Notes: generated from the letters alone by a model not told the origin. A DNA stretch of 64,000 bases from Phoronis australis (GCA_002633005.1 NMRA01000665.1:153728-217727); one strand, 5' to 3'. Counted from the stretch's first letter, positions 1 through 13,507 are shown. Program-made: numbers and translations.

Positions 1-266
1 ATGCACATGCGGTGATGGCGTCGTAGATTGTGCATTGTGCATTGATTAAATTACTGGTGGTAAGTTGGCAAGTGTATTAGCATTTATTCTTCGTCAGCAA
101 TGTCCACGTAAAGACATAAAATATAGACATGCCCGCGCGCATATCGACCACGATCCACGTGATTACGAACCGTCAACCCTCTTGGTATTACATTCCATTT
201 GAGCATTCACTTCTAATACAAGNTTAACATTCCAGTGTTTATTTTTGAAAGCGTACGCGTTGATTG

Positions 267-647
267 GGCGTCTCGAAACCGCAGACCTAGAAAACTAGAA
301 ACATGAAAAAAGCACAAATGGATTTAGAAAACGTAGACCTAGAAGAATGACAGCATGTGGACGCTACAAATGGACACGAGTGACTATAAAAACAGGACAT
401 TACAATTTTCACGAAAAACTAAAATTGCATGAAACAGAATAAGACAATATTTTAGAAAATATCACATAGTTTTGAGATTTCATCCTGAACATTTATTTCA
501 AATAAATTTTGTCCATAGTATTGACACTGTTGTTTTGCTACAAGTTTTGCTACAATGTACGCTTTCTAGGTCTGCGTTTTCTGTCCACCTTTTATAGGGC
601 TGAATTTCAGAGACCTGCGTTTTCTAGGTCTGCACTTTCGAGACACC
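267..647. mobile_element. Non-autonomous TIR element (MITE), ~380 bp
   Basis: Left end GGCGTCTCGAAACCGCAGACCTAGAAAAC matches the reverse complement of the right end (GGTGTCTCGAAAGTGCAGACCTAGAAAAC). AGACCTAGAA-type motif repeated subterminally. No clean TSD seen. Confidence 0.7.
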
Positions 648-847
648 AAGTGTCAGTTCCCAATGAAACGTCTCTGTTACTTTAGTTTAGCTTGTTCTCG
701 TAACGTTACCACTATAAGAATTCTCTAAACTCTTACGCTGGATTTATTTTAGCCTTTTTGGAAAAACAGGAGCCATAATGGAGTCGTCGTTACTTACACT
801 TTTGTAACAAATGACAGTTTATTCCATTCGCAACAAAAAGGTCTTAC

Positions 848-1024
848 CAGCTGCTGGGCATTCACCCTGATTGCAGATCGAATATGCAGAGGAGATGCCT
901 TGGCAGTCTTTACCACCACCAGATGGCGGTGGGTCCACACACGCACGCACCTTGACTTGAGACCCGACGCCGCAAGGTGCGCTACAAGTGCCTGCCTTCT
1001 CCCAACTTGCCCACTTGCCGTCCA
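848..1024 (-). CDS. Internal exon encoding a thrombospondin type-1 (TSP1) repeat
   Basis: Translates DGKWASWEKAGTCSAPCGVGSQVKVRACVDPPPSGGGKDCQG...CNQGECP (WxxW, CSxxCG, RxC, 6 Cys). Acceptor ttttcctgtcacAG, donor GTAAGA, 177 nt, phase 1-1. Confidence 0.9.
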
Positions 1025-2411
1025 CTGTGACAGGAAAATTAAAAGAACTGATTGCGATATCGAGATCATGTATTATATAATATTAGAGCATTAAAAGTAA
1101 TTACATGTCCTTCGCTTGCATCAATTTTTATAAACCGATAAAAGATTTCATTAAACGAAATATGTAAAGTAAGAAATGCCGGTCTTAACTTTTCCCAGTC
1201 CCCAAGCAAGTTCAGACGTCGAGGCTCCCTTCACTACCGATTTACATAATCTAGGGTCCACTGGCAATCGGCTCCTGCTATTTGCAGGGTATCGTTTCCA
1301 TATTTTCAAAACCATTAAAAAAGCATAAGAGAGTTCTTGAAATTTTATGTTGTTGATATTGTTTTGCTTTGAATTTGCCTTCCGTTTTTGCTAAATTTAA
1401 GTTAGACATAGGCGTGCAACCCAGTACATGACAAAACAGTATGAAGTGAAAACCAAATTGTACAGGCCCTCTGCTTTCAAGAAATCTATGTTTTTAGTAA
1501 TTTATAATCTATAGTTTTGTAGCTAGATATTTGTACACTCAGACTTGTGGATTAGGCCCTACGTACCCTTTTAACACTCAAAAGTGTTCACGTACAGATA
1601 GGAGCGACTCTCGTAATCATGCTTGCTAGTTAAACATCCAAATGAATACACGAGTTCAAATAATATGCAATATCGGAGGCGCTAATTTTTGCTAAATCTA
1701 GACCCTTAAGGAAGCGGCTTGTAATTTACACTTAATTAACGGTAAGTTGCGGACGGAATTGAAATTCTCGTTAGCAACATCCTTTTCTCATTAACATAAT
1801 CACTGTAAGAACACGTAATAACCGCTAAATTTATCGATCGCGTACATTTTCTCTATTCTTTCCCAAATCTGCATCCCGGCGGAGTACAATAGGAGCACTA
1901 ATGATCGGTTCTTATCAATTTCAAGTGACGTGTTTAGACAGTAGACGCAAATAATTATTGCTCTTTTAATGGTAAGAGATTTTATAGTTCACTTCCTTGG
2001 ACTTATAACTTCCATATTTAAGTAACACGTGACGACGAGGGAATGTATTTGAAACGTTAAATATTATTCGGAAAATATTTATGAATTAAGGCTCTGACTT
2101 TGTTGTTTGAGACTGATGTTGGATGTCCCTGGTATGGTGCAAATTGGGCGTGTCGGCCCTTCAAGTAAGATACCTGACGTGTGAACATCGCAAAACGAGC
2201 AAAAAACTTGTTAAATTAATACATGCAAGTTTTTTTGAATACTACACTTCTCATGCCTTCCTCAAACCACACGACACGACTGATCTCAGTTCACCCACAC
2301 TCTCCCATGGTAAAATAGTCCCGAGTAGGGACAGAAGATTGCACACTACGCACAAAGCGCCACTCATCTCGCCTCAAACAAACAATGCAACAACAATAGC
2401 CTCGTGATTTA

Positions 2412-2523
2412 ATTGTTAGCCTATGATAGGACATTGTTAGCCTATGATAGGACATTGTTAGCCTATGATAGGACATTGTTAGCCTATGATAGGACATTGT
2501 TAGCCTATGATAGGACATTGTTA
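2412..2523. repeat. Minisatellite, 21-bp unit ATTGTTAGCCTATGATAGGAC x ~5.3
   Basis: Perfect head-to-tail copies; each unit contains the quasi-palindrome CCTAT-G-ATAGG. Confidence 0.95.
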
Positions 2524-2684
2524 CCAGTTGAGGTGAATCGTAAACCACCATTCATATATGTAATTACATGTACACGACACAACTCATCATAGTCGAGCTG
2601 AGTTGAGATCAGCCGCATTTTGGAGCCGCGCTTGCGCCGCTCAACCCTGTTTTCATCTTATGGAAACGCTGATACTTAACCAAC

Positions 2685-2969
2685 CTCGTGGAACAAACGC
2701 GTATATCTGGTGGTCGTTGGCAACAAGTTTTGTAAGAGGATGGTGACCGTCATAAAACAGTTGTGCACCGCATTGCACGTCACGAACCATTCCTCCCGTT
2801 CCTTTGAAATTGACCAGAAACTTGAACTCCTTGCTGAGCTTGACATCTTGGTTCTCGCCAATTTTGAAGTCCTCGTAAATTACCTCATTGTGGGTAAATT
2901 TATCCCTCTCCTCCTGAACTAACGTTTTCAAACTGGAAGTATAAATAACCGTTAAAGGGCATCGTTCCT
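2685..2969 (-). CDS. Internal coding exon (95 codons, domain not recognised) of the TSP1-containing gene
   Basis: Open frame ERCPLTVIYTSS...HQIYAFVPR between cAG and GTTGGT, 285 nt, phase 1-1. Splices in frame to the TSP1 exon (PR-V-DGKW). Confidence 0.65.
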
Positions 2970-3217
2970 CTGTCCACAGGGTAATGGATGATTCCAGAAA
3001 ATAATCTATTTTGTAGCTTTGCAGATATTCAGCTAAATAGTTACGCAGACTTGCCAATAATGTCCCACACAACCGGTTTGCGTCTTTGGAACATTGCATA
3101 ACGGCTGTTCTGTGTACATGTATGTGAGGCTGATTCAAACAGCGCATTTCCTCGATAATTGAAATGGCATGTGGATCGTGACGTTGTAAAAAGTTATCGT
3201 GGTCATACTTTTATTAA

Positions 3218-3740
3218 AGAGGCATGGAACGCGAAAACTGGTAAAAATAGCTTTCAATTCTTGACGAAATTATCATCTCGCAACATCTAGTAGAGAGTAA
3301 TTCACTTTAACCTGTGAGGAAATTTCCAGAAAAAAGCAATATTCACGATTTTTGAAACACGTGCGATGGAACAACTGTGGTTTCTAATGTCCCTCTCACT
3401 TATAATAAATGCGTGCATGCGTTTACAGTCAGTTGCTTGAAGTCGCTTGAGGTCAAAGGTCACATTTTCCACAAAAGGGAATGTGCTACTTTTATGTCTT
3501 GCTATATCAAATAAGGAGACGTGCTTTGCCTTGTGGGACTAAAATCGACGAAATGGCGAGCAGTTGACTAGTATTTTTTTGAAATTTGAAACTAAAAGAA
3601 TGTGGTTTGATATCAACAGAAAATAAAAATATTTACGAACAAACCATAAAATATCTGGTGAGCAGGTTGAATTCTGTTTTAGTGGCAGAGAATCACTTTC
3701 AGTATTGCAATTTAGTCTGTTTATCGCGTTCCAGGCCTAT
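3218..3740. mobile_element. Non-autonomous DNA transposon with TTAA TSD (Kolobok-like MITE)
   Basis: TTAA|AGAGGCATGGAACGCGA ... TCGCGTTCCAGGCCTAT|TTAA: imperfect ~17-bp TIR, TTAA on both sides, AG-type rather than CCC-type end. Confidence 0.7.
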
Positions 3741-5135
3741 TTAATACAAGTTTTTAAGCTACATTCTAATCATTCATCTCAATTTCATTGTAAATTGTCG
3801 AGTGAAGCATTGACCTATTTTTGTCAAAAATGTATGTTTGACGCTTCGGACTATTTCTGGCAACCGTAACTGCTGCTCTGTCGTTTCCCGGCCGCAATAT
3901 AGATAAGTTAGCTCTCACACACGTTTCACTAGCAGGCTTGCCATGTGAACCCAGCCTACAATATAGAGGGGCTCGAATTTTTCGATATGCGGACCTTTTA
4001 CTGACATAAACCAACGAGGACTAAAAAAAAACGGGCCAGTACATGTAGGTTCAGGCCTGCGAATTGTGCATCCGAGCAGATTTCCTGTGGACTTTTGTCT
4101 CNCATGCTTGCAGACACCTACTTTTCACACAGATTTTTTTATCTGGTGTCTGTAATTTTGGGAGTAGTTATAGGTCGTCTTTGTATCGCATGGCAGCCTA
4201 GTTTGTGTACTCTTGTTCGCTTTGTGATGGTTGTTATGGTTCTAGCCCGTGGTCTCAAGACACAGAAATGTGGACGACTACACGTAGGAGCTCTCTGAAA
4301 TATCGGTACCTGCATAGGTTTTGCATTTACTGTCTTCGTAAGTGACAAGACAGAGGTCACCCCTGACTTAATCTTAAATAAGAGTTGAAAAATGAGGAAA
4401 AACTGTTGAGCGTTTGACATCTTCAATTGAATAATTGAGCTATCAAGAGATGTGTAACGAAAGTCGGCAGACAGCTTTGCGTTTCGGCAGTCGTTAAGCA
4501 TTGCCAGTTAATCAACAGAGTAAACAAGAGTTTGGAATTTGAACGAAGGAAGGAGGTCATCATGTTTTTCACAGAGGTTACATCTATTTCGATGCACGCG
4601 TACAATTGGTCTTTCTGCAGATACGCTGTAAATGGAGGCGTCTCACTACAATTTATTTTGGTCATCCATAGCGGAATTAACCCAACCAATGAAGACAGGG
4701 AACACAAACCTATTTTTCCAATCAACACTAGGTAACCAGGTTGAAAGATGTCCTACATTTCTTTTACATAAAAGGTCAGTGAAATTATTTATACTGAATC
4801 CCCCTCAAAAAGGTTCTAATTAAGCACAAATCTCATTTTACATAATGAAGTGATACTTGCAAATACATCGTATTAATCGACTGAAACAAGTACTACTGCA
4901 TCCGAAGAAACAGGCTGCACAGTTGAACTCCAACATAAACAGGTGGCGCTGTTTGTTGTACCATGGGTGCGAGGACAACACCCGCGCTATCGTGCGTTTT
5001 GTTGGAGAGGAAGTTCCAGGTTGCCTCAAACGTCTTCACGGACGTTTTCTCTACCTGGCGGCATGCTTTGTCCTGGTCGTGTGAGCAGACGTGAAGAAAA
5101 ACTGTCTACAGATTCATGACTCTCAGCAACGACTT

Positions 5136-7324
5136 CAGGGCTCGACGCTATTAAAATCGCCAGGTCGCATTTTGCGACCTAGCCAAAATCCCAGGTCGCA
5201 TTTTCAAAATCCAGCTGGCATTCGTAAATTCCAGGTCGCAAAATTTTCCCGCCATTTTTAAGCGCCAAAATAGATTTTTTAGATCATCGAGAAAATGTTT
5301 AGATTATGCTCTTACCTGCAGCGTTAAATACTCACAAATTTCGGATCTCAAAATTGACTTCATTCATGCAGGTACGGCCTTACTGTTCTTCACGACCGCC
5401 ATTGAAAGTCTCTAGAGCGCAAGGCAAGTTGCCGGCGTGAAAGTTGAATCAGTGCTCTCTAACTGACTCGTGCATTCGAGTAGCTAAATTTGCGATGTGA
5501 AAAGGGAGAAAATGCCCGTTGAAAAAGTATCCGGGATTTTGTTAGATCTGGTCTTCTCACTGGCCGTCATCAAAGTCGTTAACGATTCAAACTAACTCGG
5601 GTAATCGCGAGTTTGCTCTTCAATACCTTCCAAGTACGGGAAAAATAGGTCAGTCGCAAAACGACACGCATGTCACTAGTGTTAATTTTCTTTCCGAGGT
5701 ATAAAACAAAGCCGGGATTTGGTTTTTACATGCTGTGAAAAGACGTTTTAGAAAACTGAAGTTGTGTAAAATGAAAGTGACACACACCATATAAACTGCG
5801 TGTCAATTTTAAACCACACGCGGTCGTTTGTAGTGCGCAATGATGGGCGCTAGCTTGAACTGTGGGCGCTTAATTGGAAATTCTCAAAATTTAAGGGAGG
5901 ACTTTTAATAGATCAGTGAGCGCTTATTATGAAACACTTTAAAGGTAGGGAGTAGGCTTGTGCGTGAGCATAGTCGTTAACCTCAGTGTTTGCGGTAATA
6001 AGATATTAAAACGCTGCAATGGTAAGAAACATTATAATAATACGATTTTGCGAGGCAAACTCCATCTGGTAGGGGTGACTTTCTGGATATCGTTACCACC
6101 TACATTGTACCCTTTTTAGCCACCCGGAATGATTTTTTAACTGCCCGCTTCAGCCGGAACAAGGTTGTTTCTATAGAAGTCTGAACATTTTACGGCGACG
6201 GTGGTTCGGGGAGCGAAAAGTTGCCGGGGGGGGGGGCGTATAAAGAGAAGAATGAAAAGTTCGCTAACTGGAACCACAATTTCGCATCTAGTGCCAGTTT
6301 AGTTGCAATAACTGGCTACGGGCATAGAATACAGGGTTTACAGAACATCGACCTCGGGAAACATCGGAACAGAATAACGTTAGTTCTGGGTTATATCGGT
6401 CCCGGGACATCGGGTCTTTTATAACCGCTGGGAATCTGAGTTCATTTTCAAATAAACCAGAGCCAAGCCGGTATACTCTTTCATTTAGGACTGTCGCTGT
6501 TCTTTGAAGTGGTGCGCACGCGTGAGTTCACGCACTTGAATCGCTGGAGTAGGCCTACACTTTACGTTGGCAACAACGTGTGAAAGACAAATCATATTTC
6601 GCGCACGTAGCCCCAGAAACAAGTAAAGGGTTTGAGAATTTCTTGGAAAATTGAAAGTAAAGACGTGACCGTCGTTTGGCGATTAACAAGGTTGTCATTT
6701 TCACTTTGGCTGTCTTAATACGATAAAAGGAGAAGCATACCTCAGTCTAAGTCACGATTGTCTGCCGGGACCGCTTGCGCGCTAATGGTGCCGCAGTGCG
6801 ATATCAGGGATATTGTCGTGGATATTTGGTACATGTAATAAGGACATCTTATGTGAAAAATAAGCATTTTTGTCCACCACAAAGTTTGGTAAGTTGATCG
6901 CTTAAGAATTAATAGAAACACCGTTGTTTTGTGAAGTTTTATCACGTGTAAGCAGTGGCCCGAAACTTTCTTCGGCGAATCCGGGAATTTACAAAAGTGG
7001 CCGAAAGTGTTAGCCAATGAAACGCGTCAAAGATCGATTCTGCATATCCCATGTTCACGCGACTTGCTTACAAGTCATCGGGAGGCCTGTTCTCGGTTAG
7101 TGTTCTTTTGAACTTGTATTTGGCAACAACCAAATAACGGTCGGATTAACAAGAGCTGCTGTGTATTTGCCAGGTATCTGTTGAGATGTGTAAAAACTCA
7201 GCTCGCATTCGTTGGAAATTACAGGTCGCATTTTGCGACTTTATACGAGCTGACAAAAATCTCAGCTCGCATTTCCAAATTTCAGGTCGCAAATGCGACC
7301 TGCAGCTCGTTATGTCGAGCCCTG
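5136..7324. mobile_element. Non-autonomous hAT-like element with 5-bp TSD
   Basis: GACTT|CAGGGCTCGAC ... GTCGAGCCCTG|GACTT. Several CAGGTCGCA subterminal repeats at both ends. No transposase ORF. Confidence 0.8.
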
Positions 7325-7698
7325 GACTTTAAGCATGTGATTCAAGTATGCGACTCTAAAGCCAGATAAGGTGAATGTGAACGTATTCATTAGACAAAAC
7401 TCTAACAATTTCCTGCAATAGTACTTCCGGAGTGTGTATGTATCATCAATCGTAAAGCGACCAAAAAATAGAACGAAAATGTCTTCTACGAGCCCAATGA
7501 TAGCGGTAGCTTCGTGGTGAGTGTCACGCTTGCGCGTGGTTCAAGCTAAGTTTCGGGGTAAAAGTTCCTTGTGCGTGGCATGAGATTTCGAGGTATGTGA
7601 TCAATGTTGTATAGTTTTTTAAAAGTTCTGATTTGCGGCAATCTGTTACGTGTTGTGCAGCTTGTTTCAAGAGTTCCATTTCGCAGACCACAATTTAC

Positions 7699-7779
7699 CT
7701 GCACATCAAACGTAAATCTGACGCCACGCTCACGTTTGCTAGAGTCGCGGACACATTCGCCTTGAAGACATTGACCCCT
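7699..7779 (-). CDS. Candidate small internal exon (RGQCLQGECVRDSSKRERGVRFTFDVQ in phase 0)
   Basis: ttactttAG acceptor, CAG|GTAAAT donor, 81 nt, open in two frames. No homology recognised. Confidence 0.25.
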
Positions 7780-9264
7780 CTAAAGTAATGTAGTGGAGCT
7801 GTTTTGCTGCCGTCACCTTCATGCTTGGCAGTCACAGTAAGAGTGGGGATGTCCTGGGCCACAGCATTCTGCAAATGGATACAAGGCAATGAGATGTGAC
7901 TCTCTCTTTAAGCATCATCAAACCCGTGCTCGCGTTGAAAATAAGTTTTGATCAAGACCACTCATCGTTAATATCTTGGTCCTTGCTCAGTTTGGAAGTT
8001 TTCTCTCCGCTTGGCATGAACTGGCAGTTTTGCTATTACCAAGCTCATTAAGATTGCAGATCAGTGGCTGTCACATTTTACCACGTAGATGGGAAGGTGT
8101 AGGTTGTCACTGACAGGTACTTATAGCTTTCAGTGCTATGACAGACTGAAAACTGGTTCGAGAAAATTAACGTTATCAATCTCGACCTTACGTCCACAAG
8201 TCTACTCAAAGAAAACAGCCTGTGTAATGTCTGTTTTATGCTCCAGCCAGTGCTGCGAAGCGTTGAATTGTAATGAACCCCTGAGACAACTCCAGCAACT
8301 GTTGCACTCGTTGACTCAACGTGCTGTATCTCTATTAACTAACACTGCAACTGATAACTATTTAGCTGCACCTCAAATGTAACCTATCAACTGTAGCCTC
8401 TTACGAACGTTTCGACTATTCAAGCACATTCCAGTATTTTCAGGAATCAACTCTAGAATGGTCTAGTCTATGGACCCAAATTAATGACTAACATACTGGA
8501 ATTTTCTGGAAAGTTCTCTAGTTTTCTGTCGTTAACAAATTGCGTCATTACTGGCCTGGCTCCCTGGGTCAGGTCAAGTGGCATCTACTTCTTAAAGTAG
8601 GAAAGCCAAATAAAATTTCAATTAGCTAAAACCAGTGTCAGTCTACTCCTGACCGTGACATAGAACATTATAAGGTTGATCTGAAGAAATAACGCATTTT
8701 CAAGTCCTTTGAAGTCCTGAAGTCACCTGACTAAAAACACTATGAGACCAATCCATTACAGTATATATGTAAGTGGCGTAAATTGAAATTTGAGGTTGAA
8801 GGCGAGTTTATAGACCCTTTAAGAAATGGAAATCAACAAAATGGTGTCGTATACATGTAAAAACAGTCGTTATCAGGAGGAAGATTTGAACTTACCAATA
8901 TCAATAAAATCGGACCACTAAAAGGTCACTTTCACATTAACACAGTAATTCCCATGTTTTGAGGAGTTGCGCTTAATAAAAAAGCCCTCCCAGACTTACA
9001 GAGCCATTGCAACTCCTCTCAAAGTAGGTGTATTAACGTGCGATCTTGGGCAACACAGGTGTTGGGCAAAGAGGTAAGTGGCACTTTACAATGGGTGATT
9101 GGACATTCAGGGCAGGGCGGTTTGGCGGCAGTTTTAAGGTAAACATCACCTGTAGGCTCAGTGAGTCCAGTTTGCTTGTATTTGTGAACATGTTGGTCAC
9201 GAGAAAACTTCCTTAGTTCAGCTATAGATACATTTTTTTCATGATGGCGGTTTCCTATAGCATT

Positions 9265-10160
9265 TTTGAATGTTCATTATGAAATAATCAGTACAATAAA
9301 AATAAAGACCTAGAAAGCGCCAAGAGGCATTGTATCTGAGCTAAACAAATACAAAGAAATCTATATACAATTATACACAAATACATAAATTAATAAACTG
9401 ATGTCAATATTAAATTGAAATATTTACGGAACCTGGTGTTGATGAGAGTGAGAAGACACCTTCAATTTGACTTTGTAAGTTCGGCCTTCCAGATAGAATT
9501 TTAAATGTAGGAGGAGAGTGCCTGAGAAACCAGAACGTTGTAATTTATGTAGACGCAAATCACGGGGAACGACATCAAAAGCTGACGCAACATCTAAAAA
9601 TACGGATCTAACGTTGTACCCTTGCTCAAACTGTACGTGGATTTCATGTAATTCCTGAAAGTTGGGACTTAGTGCTGTTACCAGGCATGAATCCAAATCG
9701 GCGACGACAGATGAAGTTTTATGATGAGAGGTGATCAAACACAAATATTTTTTTTCTAAAATTTTGAATAAGGTGTTAAGAAGAGTTATGGGGAGATTGT
9801 ATGCAACATCTGTTTTGGAGTCCTCTTGCGTATTGGTATCATAACACTACAGTTAAAGTTCAAAGGAAATTTCCAAATTGTAGTATTTTGTTGTAAAATG
9901 TTGTCAAAGAAACTGTAAGCTCTCTTGCTATTTTCTTGGTCATTTTATTAGTTATTAGAACGGTACCGTCGTTTTTGATTTCATCCATGTTTTCTAGTAG
10001 TTTTCAAACTCCAGATGAGTGGTTTTGTATGTCCTGTTTGGAAATTCGGGAATGGTTGTTGTTGGAGCAATGTGACTCTTGGCGATGAAGTCTAGAAATA
10101 GCTTACCTTTTTCAGCTTTGGATGACGCCTGGGCGTTGGATTTCTTTGAGTGGATGGTGC
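9265..10160 (-). pseudogene. Internally deleted fragment of the same LINE family as 54422-60047
   Basis: RT motif VFLDVASAFDVVP...KLQRSGFSGT. 9300-9410 matches the LINE 3' UTR at 54470-54570 (AGAAAGCGCCAAGAGGCATT). Confidence 0.85.
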
Positions 10161-10442
10161 ATTTCTGCATAGCGACTGAGAAACCTGTTTTGATAACATG
10201 TAACCCTCAACATATCCAAAAATTCAAAAAATTCTAATTAGATGGCATCACTTTTGGGCCAATTTTTTCAAATGTGCAGGATGTTTACATGTACTTTCAT
10301 AATCCAGTGATGTTGGAAGTCCAAAACTGACTGGGAAGCGGTGATTTTGGGTTAAAAACAATTGATTTTGTAACTTGTTTTTCGGAGCCTGTGTCTAGTT
10401 GCATTAAATAGTTCCAAATAGGGAGGCAATCATGGCGTATTA

Positions 10443-12154
10443 GTGGACTTTTGAAAATAATGGTTGTGCTTTCTTATTCTGTTTTAGTTTCATTACTAAT
10501 TCGAATTGTGCCTGTATTACAAATATAGAGTGATCTCTACCTTGAATTCTCAATATTCATGAAGATAGGTAGGGGTCTCTTCATGCAACACCCTAATTCA
10601 AGGACTAGGTCCCTATTTATATTGATTGAATTAAGGGGTCATGTTTATCTCAATAGTCAAAGAAGAGCTCATATTTTAGATAAAGTGACTGAAAAGATTA
10701 GATGTGTGAGTAAAGACTGGCACAATTATGCAAAAATATTTAGGGACCACGTCCCTATTTAGGACTCTTTCATGCAATTGGGCACTAGCTTCCGTTTCGT
10801 TGGAGTGATAGGGCCAAAAATATGAGACAGAACAGAATGAGTGTGGCCATGTGTAGTGTTTCTGATGTGAAAGTACTCGCAACTTGTTCTCTTGTTCGCA
10901 AAGTTTTGGACTGAGTGAAATAAAACCAACAAATCCAATGATGTTTGGCCAGCCAAGCAAAACCCGGACAAAACAGCACAAAACTGGACTTACCGCCACC
11001 TTTTCCACAATAACTAGCTGCAATATATCCGAGGAATGCCAATATATCCGAGGAATGCCAAGATATCCGAGGAATGCCAATATATCCGAGGAATGCCTCA
11101 ATAAGTTAAGACAAATCGATGTTCAGAGACCAAGATTGGTACGTAAAGGAACGAAAGAAAATAAAACTGAACGAAAATAAAAACCCTGACCAGTCTAGCA
11201 TTATTCATCGTAAATGGCGGTGTCTGTTAATCTCGAATCCATTCTTCGCTATTAAATGTAGTTCGACAGCATCAACTAAGCCATCTGGTATTTGATCCAA
11301 AGAAGTAATGGTAACTCCGATGCCTCCAGCGGAGAAGAATCATCGGGAAAGAAACGTGGAGTTGCGAAGGACTTCTGACAGAACGGAGATACGTCAATAG
11401 TCTATTGAGAAAGCGACATGAGGTGGCAACTCGTACGCTAACATTTGGTCTACACTCTCCCTAACTCTATTAGCGCGCCTAAGCCAGAATGCGACTATCA
11501 CGTCCTTTTATAAAAGTTAATGCGCGCGCTTCAACCGCCCAGCTTACAAAAAACGTATTCGCTATATTTTCTCTGATAATGCACTGATTTTCGAAAAGTT
11601 GAAGACGTCTAATCTTGTATTTAAATAGAGTCTTTTAGGTTATTTGCCTTACTTACTGTTCGTTTCTTAACTCTGAAACTAATACGCTAAACAGGTGCAT
11701 TGGTGGACTTATCTCATGCATCACATTCGGCCAAGCGCAAAAATAGCGATAAGCTCACTACGGTATGTGAAGGCGACGTGAAGTCGCACAACCAAAGACA
11801 TAACTTAATAAAGAAAGAAATGTGCCAAACACCTTTTTTATTGTTTAATACTTACTCGTTTATTTATACAAAAATGGAACTTTTTTAAAACCACGTTTTC
11901 ACTGTAGTGTTGACTTTAGGCGAGCAAACGTGGAGCCCAGCAAATACTGTTTGTATAGTCGGTGTCTTCTGTGAAATTGTCGTTTCCATACGGACACGAA
12001 TGCGCATTTCCGTACGGACACGAAGGTGGTCATATGGAAACGGTGATGTCGCAATATACCACGACTCATGTTTAAAAGAACACTAAACCATGTTTTGATG
12101 ATTTCAACCAAACTAAAAACTCACATCCCCTGCTTTACAAATTGGACATTATGG
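10443..12154. repeat. Segmental duplication block 1, copy A (copy B 48507-49924)
   Basis: Collinear direct similarity with indels from GTGGACTTTTGAAAATA to AAATTGGACATTATGG. Confidence 0.9.
11022..11098. repeat. Minisatellite, 19-bp unit ATATATCCGAGGAATGCCA x4
   Basis: Four tandem copies; the paralogous site (~49168) has one partial unit. Confidence 0.9.
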
Positions 12155-12430
12155 TCAGTGGTGGGTGATCCTTTCCCAAAGTTTCCGTGTAATTTGCTTA
12201 AAGCGTAGATTACACTTGCTCGTTTGTCAGACTTTGAAAGGAGTTTCAAATTTTCCTCAAAACTTTTGAAAGTTGTCGAGGCTTACAGGTCATTATCTTG
12301 TTTCAGAGAACTAGACGGGGAAGTCGTTTTTAGCGTCTGTTTTAACAGGGTTTGGTACCCTTTCAACAAAGTGCGGGTCGCAGTACTCAAAGACGCTGTG
12401 GGAGGAAGGCTTTAATAGAATTTAGCATAC

Positions 12431-12487
12431 CTTTTCGAATTTAATCAGAAGAGCCATCACCACAGGCAGCACCATTGTCCACTTCAT
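12431..12487 (-). CDS. Candidate signal-peptide exon MKWTMVLPVVMALLIKFEK
   Basis: ATG, short hydrophobic core, AAG|GTATGC donor; same strand as and upstream of the TSP1 exons. Linkage not established. Confidence 0.2.
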
Positions 12488-13476
12488 CTCTGTCCCCAGC
12501 ACCAGCAGAAGACTAACAACAGCCAGTCTTACCTGCTTTTGTACGTTACACACGTTACACGGCACATGACTAGGGGACCACGTGATCAATCTGCCACGCA
12601 TTGAAAATTCACGATTACACGGGACCGCGGTTTCGTCCACCATCTTTCCATTCCCATGCGCTTCCCATGTAATTGTACGGAATAGTACTACCAATCAGAT
12701 GACTTAGCTGGTTTATCCGGCCGAACCAGGGAAATCAACCAAGTTCAGTCAGTGCTTGGACAACGAAGCTTTTAGATTATTCATGAAGTTACACGCATGC
12801 TTTCACTCATCGGATCTCGGCTTCATGCTTTCACTCATCGGATCTCAGCTTCGCTGGTCAGTCGACGTCTTTTGTATTTAACAACACCAATAGTGATGCT
12901 GGAGTGGATTTAGTACCAACATGGCATAGCTTGCAAAGTACTGGATTTTTACCAACAACATCGGCATCTTACAGCGCTCCAAAACTGAGCATCGGTCGTT
13001 CTCAGGAAGAAAAATGGGTTGCCGACAGCTCTGAGTATGTTGAGAATGCGAATGTCATCATTGCAGTCTTTCGACAATGAAGTCGATATATTTCGAAATA
13101 TATCTGAAGTACAACCTTAAACCAAACTTCGTCTCGCGCCATTGATAACCCTTTATTGTTACCAAAATGAAAGAAATTTTCCCATTAAGATGAGTAATCA
13201 ATTTAGTTTGTTAAAGAAATGTTCTGAAACTCGTCTTGGAGTCACAATGTCCACGTCTTAAAGTGAAATAGTACGCAAAACCAGAATAGATTGCATTACG
13301 CAAAGTGGTACTCTGTCACTGAAACAAAAGTCAAAGAGTTCAACATGTATTTTTAGTTTTTTCGTAAAGATTATGAACTTCTGATGACGTCAAACCATTT
13401 CTCATCCAGTTTCACCTGTTGTTTAGCTGGTAGTTCATTTCAGATTTTCATTACGTGACACTTCACGTGGGCTATA

Positions 13477-13507
13477 AAACAAAACAAAACAAAACAAAAC
13501 AAAACAA
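13477..13507. repeat. (AAAAC)n microsatellite
   Basis: About six tandem pentamers. Confidence 0.9.

Noticed and set aside
2291-2551. ORF with repeated LTMSYHR, or a CRISPR-like array
   Set aside because: It is read-through of a 21-bp minisatellite; there are no unique spacers and no cas genes.
4139-5105. Further candidate exons of the TSP1 gene
   Set aside because: Frames are partly open, but I could not find a splice-phase-consistent path or recognisable motifs.
8269-8660. Possible solo LTR (TGTAATG...CGTGACA)
   Set aside because: No matching TSD and no second copy in the window.
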